64,000 nucleotides of DNA, taken from Myxococcota bacterium. GTDB taxonomy: Bacteria; Myxococcota_A; Polyangia; JAAYKL01. The first letter of the stretch is position 1. Each line of letters starts with the position of its first letter. A model generated the notes under the pieces. That model did no database searches. It was not told the DNA's origin and saw nothing but the letters and a program-made list of their open reading frames with translations. The translations under genes were made by a program, and so were the position numbers. Positions 37,313 through 47,300 of the stretch are shown piece by piece. Where the stretch lies: contig JANQET010000041.1 of NCBI GenBank assembly GCA_028278265.1, positions 18,702 through 82,701 of the forward strand, in the 5' to 3' direction.

Positions 37313-37840
37313 TCAGTCCTTCACCCTGTTTTTCAGTGCGGCAAGCGCTTGTTGCAGCGCCTCGGGACTGGCGCTTCGAATCTCCTTTTGCAAGGACTCC
37401 TTGAGCGTGAGCTTCTGTTCTTCCGCCGGGGATTCCTCAATCCCCAACGCCCGCTGGACACTGCGCACATAGGACATCGGCTGGACCGGCTTTTCCAAGT
37501 AAGTGCCCGGACCGGACATCACCCGGTTTTGCAGCAGATCGTCGAGATCCCGTTTTCCCAGCTCGTCCTTGGCATGGGCGGTGACAATGAGCACGGGAAT
37601 GCGCGACAACACCTTGTCCTTCTTGAGCTCGTACAGCAGTTGGTGGCCGGTCTTCTTGGGCATCAGCAGATCCAATGAGATGAAATCCGGCGGGTCGGAT
37701 CGGATCATCTCCAGCGCCTGTTGGCCATCGGGCGCCGTAACGACGTTGAACCCGGCATCTTCGAGAATGGCCCGCAGGTAGTGCCGCACATCCGGCTCGT
37801 CATCGACCACGAGAATTGTTTTGTCCTGTGCCCGTTCCAC
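37313..37840 (-). CDS. Single-domain response regulator (receiver) with short C-terminal extension
   Basis: KTILVVDDEPDVRHYL...FISLDLLMPKKTG...PVLIVTAHA...KP. Confidence 0.75.
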   Translation of the reverse strand: MERAQDKTILVVDDEPDVRHYLRAILEDAGFNVVTAPDGQQALEMIRSDPPDFISLDLLMPKKTGHQLLYELKKDKVLSRIPVLIVTAHAKDELGKRDLDDLLQNRVMSGPGTYLEKPVQPMSYVRSVQRALGIEESPAEEQKLTLKESLQKEIRSASPEALQQALAALKNRVKD

Positions 37841-37842
37841 GT

Positions 37843-38991
37843 CTATTCCTCCTCGTCCTCACCGCCTGTCTTCGAAACAGGGGGAAGGGTTTGCGAGCGG
37901 TGCGAGTCGTTCAGTCGGTTTAATTTGTCTCTGGCGAACTCCAAACGAAACACCGATCCCCGGCCGCTGCTAGAGTCAAACGACACCTTGCCCCCGTGAG
38001 CCAGGACTATTTTTCGCGTTGTCAACAACCCCAATCCGGTGCCCCGATCCGAGCCCTTGGTGGAGAAGAAGTTGGTAAACACCTTCTTGGCGATTTCCGA
38101 GTCGATGCCGATGCCGTCGTCTTTGACTGCAAAGATCACTGTTCCCTCGCGCTCATAGACCGACACCTCGACCCGACCGTTCTCCTTGACGCTCATCTCG
38201 CAGGCATCCAGGGCGTTGGAGACCAGGTTGGCCAGGCAGGTGTGTATCCCCTCCTCGTCCAACGGCGCGGCAGCGATGGTTTCGTCGAGAGTGGTGACGA
38301 GCTCGATACCGGCGAGGGCCGCCCCGTCGGCGAACAGCTCGACCACCTTGGCGGCGATGCGGTTGGGATCAGTGGGGCAGACTTCGATCGGTCGACCCTT
38401 GGCGAAATCGAGAAACTCTTTGACGAAGGAGGAGATGCGCGCGATGTTCTCCTCGAGCATGTCCCACCCCTCGAGCATGCGATCCATGTCCCCTTTTTGA
38501 ATGCCCGTGCGGGCCATGTACATCCCGCCGTCCAGGCCGGTGATCACGTTCTTGATCCCGTGGGCCAACCCGGCCACCGTTTGTCCGACCACGGCCAAGC
38601 GCTCGGCTTGTCGCTTCTCCTGCTCCAAGGTCTTGGTCTCGGTGATATCGGTGGACATCTCGATAATGAAGGGGATTTCCCCATCCGGATGAACCAACGG
38701 CACCATGTGCACCAGGTAGTGGATTGCGCTGCCGTCCTGGGAGACCCCTTGCTCCTCCCGGATACGGAGCTGGCCATCGGCAAAGGTGTTCGCTGCGGCG
38801 CACTCCTGACAGCGGGCGGTGCGGTCCTTGTAAACCGCGTAGCACGGTCGGTTGCGCCACTGGCCATAGGTCTGGGCAAAGGTCTGATTCGCTTCGATGA
38901 TGCGGTACTCCCGGTTGATCACGCTGATACTGACCGGAACCTGATCCCACAACTCGGTGCGGACCCAGTGCTTGACATCCGGGGTAATCAC
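37843..38991 (-). CDS. Cytoplasmic PAS-domain sensor histidine kinase
   Basis: PAS domain with Cys triad (RPCYAVYKDRTARCQECAA). HisKA H-box (RLAVVGQTVAGLAHGIKNV). HATPase motifs (NLVSNALDA, DDGIGI, GTGLGL). The start overlaps the upstream gene (ATGA). Confidence 0.8.
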   Translation of the reverse strand: MITPDVKHWVRTELWDQVPVSISVINREYRIIEANQTFAQTYGQWRNRPCYAVYKDRTARCQECAAANTFADGQLRIREEQGVSQDGSAIHYLVHMVPLVHPDGEIPFIIEMSTDITETKTLEQEKRQAERLAVVGQTVAGLAHGIKNVITGLDGGMYMARTGIQKGDMDRMLEGWDMLEENIARISSFVKEFLDFAKGRPIEVCPTDPNRIAAKVVELFADGAALAGIELVTTLDETIAAAPLDEEGIHTCLANLVSNALDACEMSVKENGRVEVSVYEREGTVIFAVKDDGIGIDSEIAKKVFTNFFSTKGSDRGTGLGLLTTRKIVLAHGGKVSFDSSSGRGSVFRLEFARDKLNRLNDSHRSQTLPPVSKTGGEDEEE

Positions 38992-40883
38992 TTGGTGTCA
39001 CCCGGTTTTGCCGGAGCGGCGTAGGGGCCGATATGTCGCCAGGACGCCACTGCTTGCTTCTGATGACACAAGGCGCAGTCGCCGGTGCTGGGTTCAGTGG
39101 CGTCGGCCGCGGATTCCCGTTGATGGCAGCTGATGCATAGTCCATGCATCGCATCCAAGTAGCCGACGGCCAGGCCGGTCGACCCACCGGTAGGCGGAGT
39201 GATGGACGACCCCGTCACGATCATCCCCTGGTGGCAATCGGCACACGGCGTGGCGGTCTCACGGGTTTTCACCTGGTCCGCATTTCGATGACAGCGACTG
39301 CAGCCCTGTCGGCCCTCGAGGTGGTTGATGTGACTGGAGTGATCAAAAATATCGGTGGCCAAGTACATGTCACGATGGCAGTCGCTGCAAGCGCTTTGGG
39401 AGTCAAAGGGCAACCGTTGGTGGTGGCACATCTCGCACGCCTCTTTGTCGCCGAGATCTTCGACGTGCTGATCGTGGGCGAACAGAACCCCTCTCCCGTC
39501 CCGGTTGCCGTCCACCACCATCAGGCGGGCCGCGGAATGGTCGATCAGCTTGCCCTCGATCGTCCGGGGGGCCGAAACCGGCGTGGCCGCCAATTGGGCG
39601 CCGAACAGGTCACCGTCGGCGAGCAGAAAAATTGCCCCCACGGCACCGAGCATCGCGGCCAGGGAATACCGGCGCGGTGCGGACATGCTGTGGGGCAGCA
39701 GCAGACGAAGGCTCCCGGCCAGCCGCGGAGCGACGGCGCCGGTCGGTTCGGGGGAGTGTGGCTCCTCATCTTCTGGATAGACCCGTAGCCGCTCCACCAA
39801 CCAGATGAAGACCATCAGCGCGCAGGCGACCACCCCCAGGCTGACCGCGATTTCGATCCAACTGGGAAAGTAGGAGACCCCATCGGGTCGACCAAAGGCC
39901 ACGATTGCCACGTCGAAGCGATACCCGATGACGCCGAAGACGGTCATCAGCGCGGTGACCAGCAGACCGGCCGAGCTGCTGCGCACCCGGGAGAACATCA
40001 GCAACAGTCCGGGCACCAGGGCACCGAGGGACAGCTCGAACCAAAAGAGCGCAGCCATCCCCGAACCATCGAACGCCTGGGCCAGCCCACCGCGCGTCGC
40101 CAAGTCGCCGAGACGCAGTGCCGCGTAGCCGAGGAGGACGGATCCGGCAGCCCGGCCCAGACCGGACAGCTGTTTGAGCTTGAGCGGGTGACCGAAGTAC
40201 CAGGCCGAGAAGAACGATTCCAGGGTAACCATCATCAATCCCAGGCCGATCGCCGAGATATAGAACAGGATCCAGATGATCGGGCTGTACCACAGGGGGT
40301 GCACCCGATGTGGGGCGATCAAAAACAGGGAGCCCAATGACGATTGGTGCAGGGTCGACAGCACGATGCCGGCGATGACCAGCACAATGGTCAGCTTTTT
40401 GATCAATCGATGGACCGTGCGGAACAGGGGGCGATTGAACAGCCGGTGTTCGAGAATCGCCGGACTGAACTCGAACAGCAGCACCGTGAGGTAGATCATC
40501 ACGCACATCGCCACTTCGAAGAGCACCGAGCGCGGTTGGGGGAAGACGATGGGATGCCAGATGTGCCAGGGCAGACCCAGGTCGTACAACAGACCGACCG
40601 CCACTGCGGCGTAGCCCAACAGGGCGGTGAGGATTGCCGGTCGGGCAAATCCTTTGTACTGCTCAAGGCGAAAGATGTAGACCGCCGCGGCGAGGACGAA
40701 TCCTCCGGCCGCCAGCGCCACCCCGGCCATCACATCAAAGGCGATCCAAAATCCCCAGGGAGTGGCGTCGTTTAACCCGGTGGTGGCCCCCAAGCCGCCG
40801 ACAAAACGGGCGATGGTCACCACGCCGAAGATACCGATCAGAGCCCACAGAACCGTTTTGAGAGTGCGCTGGCGAGTGGTCAT
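38988..40883 (-). CDS. NrfD/PsrC-family polytopic membrane subunit fused to a C-terminal hexaheme cytochrome c domain
   Basis: The N-terminal ~400 aa carry about 10 TM helices in NrfD/PsrC/DsrP style. The C-terminal domain has six CxxCH motifs (CEMCHH, CSDCHR, CSRCHR, CADCHQ, CISCHQ, CALCHQ). Confidence 0.75.
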   Translation of the reverse strand: MTTRQRTLKTVLWALIGIFGVVTIARFVGGLGATTGLNDATPWGFWIAFDVMAGVALAAGGFVLAAAVYIFRLEQYKGFARPAILTALLGYAAVAVGLLYDLGLPWHIWHPIVFPQPRSVLFEVAMCVMIYLTVLLFEFSPAILEHRLFNRPLFRTVHRLIKKLTIVLVIAGIVLSTLHQSSLGSLFLIAPHRVHPLWYSPIIWILFYISAIGLGLMMVTLESFFSAWYFGHPLKLKQLSGLGRAAGSVLLGYAALRLGDLATRGGLAQAFDGSGMAALFWFELSLGALVPGLLLMFSRVRSSSAGLLVTALMTVFGVIGYRFDVAIVAFGRPDGVSYFPSWIEIAVSLGVVACALMVFIWLVERLRVYPEDEEPHSPEPTGAVAPRLAGSLRLLLPHSMSAPRRYSLAAMLGAVGAIFLLADGDLFGAQLAATPVSAPRTIEGKLIDHSAARLMVVDGNRDGRGVLFAHDQHVEDLGDKEACEMCHHQRLPFDSQSACSDCHRDMYLATDIFDHSSHINHLEGRQGCSRCHRNADQVKTRETATPCADCHQGMIVTGSSITPPTGGSTGLAVGYLDAMHGLCISCHQRESAADATEPSTGDCALCHQKQAVASWRHIGPYAAPAKPGDTK

Positions 40884-41665
40884 GATTTTTTCTCTTTTTT
40901 GTCAGTAGCGGTCTCAACTGTCCCGGCCAGTTTCTGGCGACGGCCGGTAATCCACCACACTCCGGCCATTAGGCCACCCATTCCAAGAATGATCGGGGGC
41001 ACTTTGGACAACGCGGCCCAGGTGAGGTCGGGGAGCGGGGTGTCGCCGAGCTCGGGGTTCAGACTCAAAAAATCCAACGGGATGTCCGAGACGTAGAGCA
41101 CCGAGGTGCCCCCCACTTGGGTTTCGCCGTACACTTTGTCGATGTATTTTTTGGGATTGCGTTTTAGACGGTGATGGGCCTCTTCGCGCAATTGATCCCG
41201 CGGACCGAAAACGGTTGCCCCTTGGTCGCAAGCGTCGACACAGGCCGGTTGCCCGCCCGCCTCAATGCGCGAATAACACATCGTGCATTTGCGCACGTAG
41301 GGAATCGGCTTTTCCCAGTCGTAACGAGGAATGCCGTAGGGGCAGGCGACCATGCAGTAGCGGCAGCCCATGCATTTGTCCCCATCGTAGATCACCGGTC
41401 CCTGAGGAGTTTTCGTGAGGGCGCCGACGATGCAGGCCGAGACACAGGCCGGCTCGAGGCAGTGCCGGCACTGTTGACGGACGAAGCGGCCCCCCGATTT
41501 GGCCAGCACGGTGGTAAAGCGGGTCGACGAGAGATCGTCGATGCGGCGTTTCCAACGGCGGGGTAGATCCTTGCTCAGTTGATTCTCTTTTTTGCAGGCA
41601 TCGACACAGGCATTGCAGCCGATGCAGTGGGTTGTGTCGGTGAGGATAGCCTGACGGATGGTCAT
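40880..41665 (-). CDS. Four-cluster [4Fe-4S] ferredoxin-type subunit with C-terminal TM anchor (HybA/PsrB/DsrO/HmcB-like)
   Basis: CIGCNACVDAC, CRHCLEPACVSAC, CMGCRYCMVACP and CTMCYSRIEAGGQPACVDAC motifs. C-terminal hydrophobic helix (PPIILGMGGLMAGVWWI). Start MTIRQAIL overlaps the DsrM-like stop (ATGA). Confidence 0.75.
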   Translation of the reverse strand: MTIRQAILTDTTHCIGCNACVDACKKENQLSKDLPRRWKRRIDDLSSTRFTTVLAKSGGRFVRQQCRHCLEPACVSACIVGALTKTPQGPVIYDGDKCMGCRYCMVACPYGIPRYDWEKPIPYVRKCTMCYSRIEAGGQPACVDACDQGATVFGPRDQLREEAHHRLKRNPKKYIDKVYGETQVGGTSVLYVSDIPLDFLSLNPELGDTPLPDLTWAALSKVPPIILGMGGLMAGVWWITGRRQKLAGTVETATDKKEKKS

Positions 41666-42363
41666 ACGGGTTCCCCTTCTTTGTTCAACGCGATTGCCAC
41701 CTTGCTGCCCGCGTCCGACGGCCAATGCCAACCGATTTCGGAGACATATTGGGCACCGGGCAGGAGCACGGCGTGACTCAATTTGGAGAGCGGCATCAGT
41801 ACCAGTAAGAGGTTGGCGCTCATCACATGAACCAACAGGGTGGCATCATATGAAAACGGATTGACCCCTGGGTGCATCACGCCGAAGCCGGTGACGAACG
41901 GCACGGCGATCAGCAGGGGCAGGGCGTAGTCTTGAAAGCGGGACAGGTTGCGTGTCGCCCGTGCGGACAGCCGTTGAATCACCAGCGCCACCGCGGTGAC
42001 GATCGCCACCAGGGTCAGTACATCTGCCAGGTGGTTGGGAATCGCCGGCCAGGAGAGCCCCGTGCCACGGGCCCAGAGCACGATATGGCCCGCTAGAAAA
42101 ATCGGCACCACCAGGATGGCGATGTGGAACAGAATCGAGGTCGCGCTGAACAACCACTGACTCTTGAGCTTGCGCAGGGGAAAGAGCCAGTTGAGGGTGG
42201 CGACGAAGATTTGAAGCGTGGGGATGGTCCGGTCGCCGGCGCGCCGCAGGTGACGCCTGATTTCGAAAAACGTGACCAGCAGGTGGCGCAGGTAGCCGAG
42301 CACCATGAAACTGAAGGCGCCGATGAAAATCGGTCCTCTCGCCCATTCCAGCCAGGTTGCCAT
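41662..42363 (-). CDS. Membrane cytochrome b subunit (NarI/DsrM/HmcE-like)
   Basis: 233 aa with about 5 TM helices and conserved His residues (LFHIAILVV, LLVHVMSANLL). Sits directly after the HdrD/DsrK-like gene. Confidence 0.7.
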   Translation of the reverse strand: MATWLEWARGPIFIGAFSFMVLGYLRHLLVTFFEIRRHLRRAGDRTIPTLQIFVATLNWLFPLRKLKSQWLFSATSILFHIAILVVPIFLAGHIVLWARGTGLSWPAIPNHLADVLTLVAIVTAVALVIQRLSARATRNLSRFQDYALPLLIAVPFVTGFGVMHPGVNPFSYDATLLVHVMSANLLLVLMPLSKLSHAVLLPGAQYVSEIGWHWPSDAGSKVAIALNKEGEPV

Positions 42364-43824
42364 TTAGTCTCCTCCCGATTGTTCCGAGTGCTCTTCGGCA
42401 GTCGAAGACTCGTCGGTTGAACCGGTGTCGATTTTCAACTCGTCGCCGAAATCGATCACTTTCAACAACAGGTCGTGCAGCCCGACCACTTCCACGTCGT
42501 CGAGGTGATGGTCCTCGAGCACCTCTTTGAGCTGTTTCTTGCAATTGGCGCACGGTGCGACAACGAGAGAGGCCCCGGTGGCGCGGATCTGATCCGCCTT
42601 GCGTTTGCCCATCAGCTCGGTGCGAAAGGACCGAATTTCATCGATCGAGACCGTTCCTCCCCCACCACCGCAGCAGAAGTTCTCGGTCCGGTTGGGGGTC
42701 ATCTCGACAAAGTCGGTGCAAATCGCGCGCAGGATCTCACGGGGCTCTTCGAGGATGCGAGCAGAGCGGGCGATGTTGCAGGGGTCGTGGTAGGTGACCC
42801 GTTCGGTGATGCGATCCGGCTTGAGCGGAATGTTGCCCCGGCGCAATTGTTCGGCGGTGTATTGCAGAAAATTGACCACCGGCGGCGCCTCGGGTCCACA
42901 AAAGGTAGGGATGAACCAGGCGCTGCGGGTGGCGTGACCGCATTCACCGATCAGCACCTTTTGACCCTCGAGCCGACGGACCTCGGCGACCTCGTTTTGC
43001 ACGATACGCTCCATCAATCGATCGCTGTAAAACAGGCCGTAGTTGATGCCGTCATAGTTGCCGGTACCGATGGTCCATGATCCCCCGGTCACCGCCATCA
43101 CCGCGGCGTTGCCCATCAGGGTGTCCGGCTCCAGCAGGTAATCCGAGACCGCGGGAAAAAAGACGTACTCCGCACCTTTGACGTCGATCGGGAATTTGAT
43201 GTTGACGCCGTAGTCGTCCTGAAATTCCTCTTCGAGAAACTCGCAGGTGTTTTTGAGCGCGTTCGGCGGAATCGCCGAGGTGTTGCCCACCCCTTCGAGC
43301 TGTTCGCGGGTCGCCACGACCAACGCTTTGGGCACCACGCCCACTTCGGCCAACAGCCAGCGGGCCAGGTGGGTCACCAGGCCGTGATCCACGCCCATCG
43401 GGCAGGTCAGTTTGCAGCGCCGACAAGCCGTGCACCGATAAAAGGCTTCGGCCATTTCGTCGAGGTAGTCGTCAGTTAGGGTGAAGCCGTTGGTCAACCT
43501 CGCTTTGAGCAAACCGGTGCGGGTGAAGTAGCGGCGGTAGACGCGAAACAGCAGCTCTGACCGCTGGCAGGGAATATCCCGGTTCTCTTCGGTGCTTTGA
43601 TACAACTGACAGGCCGCCGCACACCGGCTGCACTTGGTGCTCAGGCGGGTGTAGAGCTCCAGGGCCAAGCCATAGCTGGAGTGATCCAGCACCGCCGCAA
43701 AGGCAGCGAGAAATTTTTGCGGGCGGTCAGTCACCTCTAAGGCGCTACGCTCGACATAGAAACTGTACTTGGTTCTGGTATCGTCCATCCTATCCGTTCC
43801 CCTGTGGTTTGTTTCCATCATCAT
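42364..43824 (-). CDS. HdrD/DsrK/HmcF-like Fe-S oxidoreductase with CCG domains
   Basis: Fe-S motifs (CSRCAAACQLYQST, CTACRRCKLTCPMG). CCG-domain signatures include NFCCGGGGG and CGHATRS...CANC. The start is possibly the internal Met at 43788. Confidence 0.75.
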   Translation of the reverse strand: MMMETNHRGTDRMDDTRTKYSFYVERSALEVTDRPQKFLAAFAAVLDHSSYGLALELYTRLSTKCSRCAAACQLYQSTEENRDIPCQRSELLFRVYRRYFTRTGLLKARLTNGFTLTDDYLDEMAEAFYRCTACRRCKLTCPMGVDHGLVTHLARWLLAEVGVVPKALVVATREQLEGVGNTSAIPPNALKNTCEFLEEEFQDDYGVNIKFPIDVKGAEYVFFPAVSDYLLEPDTLMGNAAVMAVTGGSWTIGTGNYDGINYGLFYSDRLMERIVQNEVAEVRRLEGQKVLIGECGHATRSAWFIPTFCGPEAPPVVNFLQYTAEQLRRGNIPLKPDRITERVTYHDPCNIARSARILEEPREILRAICTDFVEMTPNRTENFCCGGGGGTVSIDEIRSFRTELMGKRKADQIRATGASLVVAPCANCKKQLKEVLEDHHLDDVEVVGLHDLLLKVIDFGDELKIDTGSTDESSTAEEHSEQSGGD

Positions 43825-44161
43825 CGTGCATGGGCTTGACCGGGCGCCGCGATCCCGATGTCAACCGATTGTCGATGAACCGTCGCACCAGCGCCTCGGC
43901 ATTGCCCGACACCCAAGAGATGGCCCGAATGCCGTTGGCCAAAATCAGATCCTCGAACCGATCCTGGATCCCCCCGCAGATCAACACGTCGACCCCCTGA
44001 TCCTTGAGCAGCCGCAGCCGATCAAAGGGCCGCTGACTCTGCAGGACAAAGTCGGTCTGGTCGGTGATCACCCCGGCCTCGATGGTAAAAATCGCGATCG
44101 TGGCCGAATACTCGAAACACGGGGCAACTTCTTCTCCAAAACGCGGGATGGCGACTTTCAC
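43790..44161 (-). CDS. NifX/NafY-like FeMo-cofactor-binding family small protein (GTG start)
   Basis: MKVAIPRFGEEVAPCFEYSATIAIFTIE...VLICGGI, the same family as 31186..32009. A ribosome-binding site GAGGTGAGG precedes the GTG. First gene of the long minus-strand operon. Confidence 0.5.
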   Translation of the reverse strand: MKVAIPRFGEEVAPCFEYSATIAIFTIEAGVITDQTDFVLQSQRPFDRLRLLKDQGVDVLICGGIQDRFEDLILANGIRAISWVSGNAEALVRRFIDNRLTSGSRRPVKPMHDDDGNKPQGNG

Positions 44162-44190
44162 TTTGCCTCACCTCTCCTGCCATTTACCCA

Positions 44191-44207
44191 GCGCAATTTC
44201 CGGGCCA
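44191..44207 (-). promoter_or_regulatory. Sigma-54 promoter (minus strand: TGGCCC-N5-TTGCGC)
   Basis: The reverse complement of 44191-44207 reads TGGCCCggaaaTTGCGC, with GG-N10-GC spacing preserved. About 30 nt upstream of the GTG at 44161. Confidence 0.5.
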
Positions 44208-44330
44208 GTCTGCGGCTAGACAAATTGTCTTTTACTTATCGATTACCGTTGAATTGACAGGACCAGGGCGTGTCACAGATGCGAAACAAGGGGGTGTTTC
44301 AATGGTTCATTTGTGAAACATCGGAGGGAA

Positions 44331-47300
44331 TCAGCGCTCACTCCAGGCCGGTGAACCGAAGAGATCGTCGGAAATGGCGGCGTTCAGGGCGACCTTTTCG
44401 ATTTGATACTCTTCCCTGTCGATCAGCCTGCGCTCCCAGGGGTTGACGCGGTAGGTTCTGAAGCGCACGCGGTGTGGAATCCGAATGCCTTGGACGGTTT
44501 GGTAATCCCCGTATTGTTCGATGTAAATAAGGGTCGGCCGGTTGTCGTTCCAGCTGAGACGCAACTCTTGTTGAAGCAAGAGATCGGTCTGCTGATCGAA
44601 GTACTCCACAACGACCACCCCGCTCGGTCGTCTTTTTTCGACCACGTGGACCGGGGTGCCATCGACCTCGGTCATTCGCACATCGCTGATGGTCTCATAG
44701 TGCTGTCGCCAACCGGTGAATGGGTTGAACAGGGCGTACTGACGCAGGGCGTCGTTTTTCAACTCGCCGAGATCCCCCGTGGGGAAGCGGGTATTCCATT
44801 GGTGGGAGGTGTTGCCGTCGAACACAATGCGACTGCGGGTCACTTCCCGCTTGAATGCGGTGTAGATCCGCTCCTGGCACAGTCGGTTCTCCTGATCCCG
44901 GTACTCCGCCATCCTGCCGCTCATCCCGTCCAGCGGACGTTGGAGGCGATAGTGCAGCACCATTGAGCGGAGGTCGGCGATGGCGTCGGCATTGTGCGCT
45001 TTTGCAGCACGGGCCTCCAAGTCGGCGGGGGTGATCGTCGGCGCCTGTTCCTCCAGCTTGTTCAGCTCTATCGTTCGATCCATGAATCGATAACGGGCAC
45101 CGATGATCCTTCCGGCAGCATCTCGCCTCATCTCAATCGCAATATCTTCTCGGGTCGCCACAAACCCATAGGTGTCAGCCGGTGTCCCTTCGCGATGGAT
45201 CAACGCCAGGGGAACTTTGCCGGGTTCGATCAGACTGAGCGTTCCTTCATTGGGTGTGATGCGGTAGTCCACTGATTGGTCTGCCGGCTGGTAACTGCCG
45301 ACCAATTCCATTAATTCGGCCGGCAGCGGACGGTTGGTCGCAGCGGCGATCAGCCGGGGGGTCAATTGGCGATAGACCACCGTACCGTACGGTCGCTCGA
45401 ACACCAGCTCGCTCATCTTCGGATTCTGCTTGCTGGGGCGGAACGTCACGTAAAATCCTTCGGGTGGATCGCTCCACCGGTATTTCCGATCGGCCTCCGG
45501 GAGCAACGTCTGGACGGGTAAGCCCTTACTGTGCATGGTCAGATAGCCATCGCGCCAACGGATCTCATACTTGATCCCGCCGAGCACACCGTACAGCCCG
45601 GCCTCTTCGGCGGCGCCTGCGGGATAGGCCGGTTTGTCCGGCTGGTCCGTGCTGTCGAGCAGTGCGAACACCTGAGTGGTAACGAAGTCGACGATTTGCG
45701 GGGCGTCGTCCCGGTTGACCAACAAGGCAAAGCCCAGCCGTTTGCCCGGCAACAGACCGATCATCGACAGAAATCCCTCCCCGCGACCCGGGTGCCCCAG
45801 TTGCAGGTCTCCCTGCCGATCTCTGAGCATCCAGCCCAACCGGTAGTCCTCGACAGCATGGGGCGGAATCCACTGCGCCATTTTTTGAGGAGAGATCAGC
45901 TGTACGTTCTCGAGACGACCTCCGTTGAGCAACAGGCGCAGCCAGCGGGCCAGATCGTCGGCCGAGGCGATGATCCCGGTGGAAGAGGCATAGCTGTCCG
46001 AGGAAAAGCTGCCGACCGGTTGAACGCCGACGGTTTGGCTCAGCTTGCGATATCCCACCGCGGCGAGCGGTTCATTCACCATCGAGGACTGGGTCGCGCG
46101 CGCCTTTTTCATGCCCAAGGGATCGAAGATCCGGGCTTGCACCAGCTGTTCGTACGGTTGGCCCAGGGCGCCGGCAGCGCACTCTCCGGCGACCACCATC
46201 ATGGTCTGTTGATATTGGAACGCTTTTCCCAGCTCAGCGGTCGGCTCTGCCTGACCGAGGAGCCGGATCGATTCTTCACGGGACAGACGACCCGCCCAGT
46301 AGGACATGTCGACATCGGCCAATCCGGTGGTGTGGTTGAGCAGGTGGCGGATGGTGACGGCGTCGTTGGCCGCGGGATCTTTCAGCGAGAAATAGGGCAG
46401 CCAGTCTCTCGGGGAGTCGTCGAGGCTGAGGTTTCCCTCCTCTTCGGCCATCAACAGCAGGGCCGAGGTAAAGCCCCAGGTCATCTGATTGATCGGAAAA
46501 ACGGTATCGGTGGTCACCGGGAGCTGTTGCGCTGCGTTGCGAACCCCATGCCCCTTGGCGTAGATGACTTGATCGTCTTTTACGACGACCAGCGCCAAAC
46601 CGGGAATATCCAGCGCCTCCCGCTTGGCGGCCACCGCCTCGTCCAAACGCGCCAGTCGTGTTTCCATTTCTGTATCCGAAACGAACGGCTGGGCCGATTT
46701 ATTGCTCCGATTGGAGAGGGTCATGCAGCCCACGGCAATGATCACGCCGCAGGCCAGCCAGGACCAGCGGTACGCGTCACGCTTGAAAAATGTGATCATT
46801 TTGATCCTCCTTTTGAGTTGGGATTTGTCCTCCAACACCCCCACCAGATTGGGCAATCCGCGAGGCCTGCCCAAACGGGTCAGCATGTTGACGATGGTGT
46901 GTCCGTAGGATGCCGGTGTGTGGAGCTCCATGGCGCTCAGGGCCAGACTGTCCGTGGCCAGCTCTTGGTCGAGCCGCAGGCGCGCAAAACCGAACCAGAC
47001 GAACGGGTTGAACCAGTGCGCCACCTGGAGCAGCGCCAATACCCAACCGAGTGGGATGTCGTGACGTTTGAGATGGGCCAGTTCGTGAAAGAACACGTGG
47101 CGCAGCTCCTCGCGGGAGAGGGAGTCGATCAGCCCTGTCGGCAGCAGCAAGCGGGGGCGAACAAATCCGAACAGGGCCGGGGTGCGAACCGTGTCGGTCT
47201 CCACGATCGCCAGCACGGTTTGAACCTTCATCTGCTCCTTGCAGTTCTCCAGTAGCGTCAGTACCGCTTGGTCCACCACCGGTCGTCGCCGTTTCACCTC

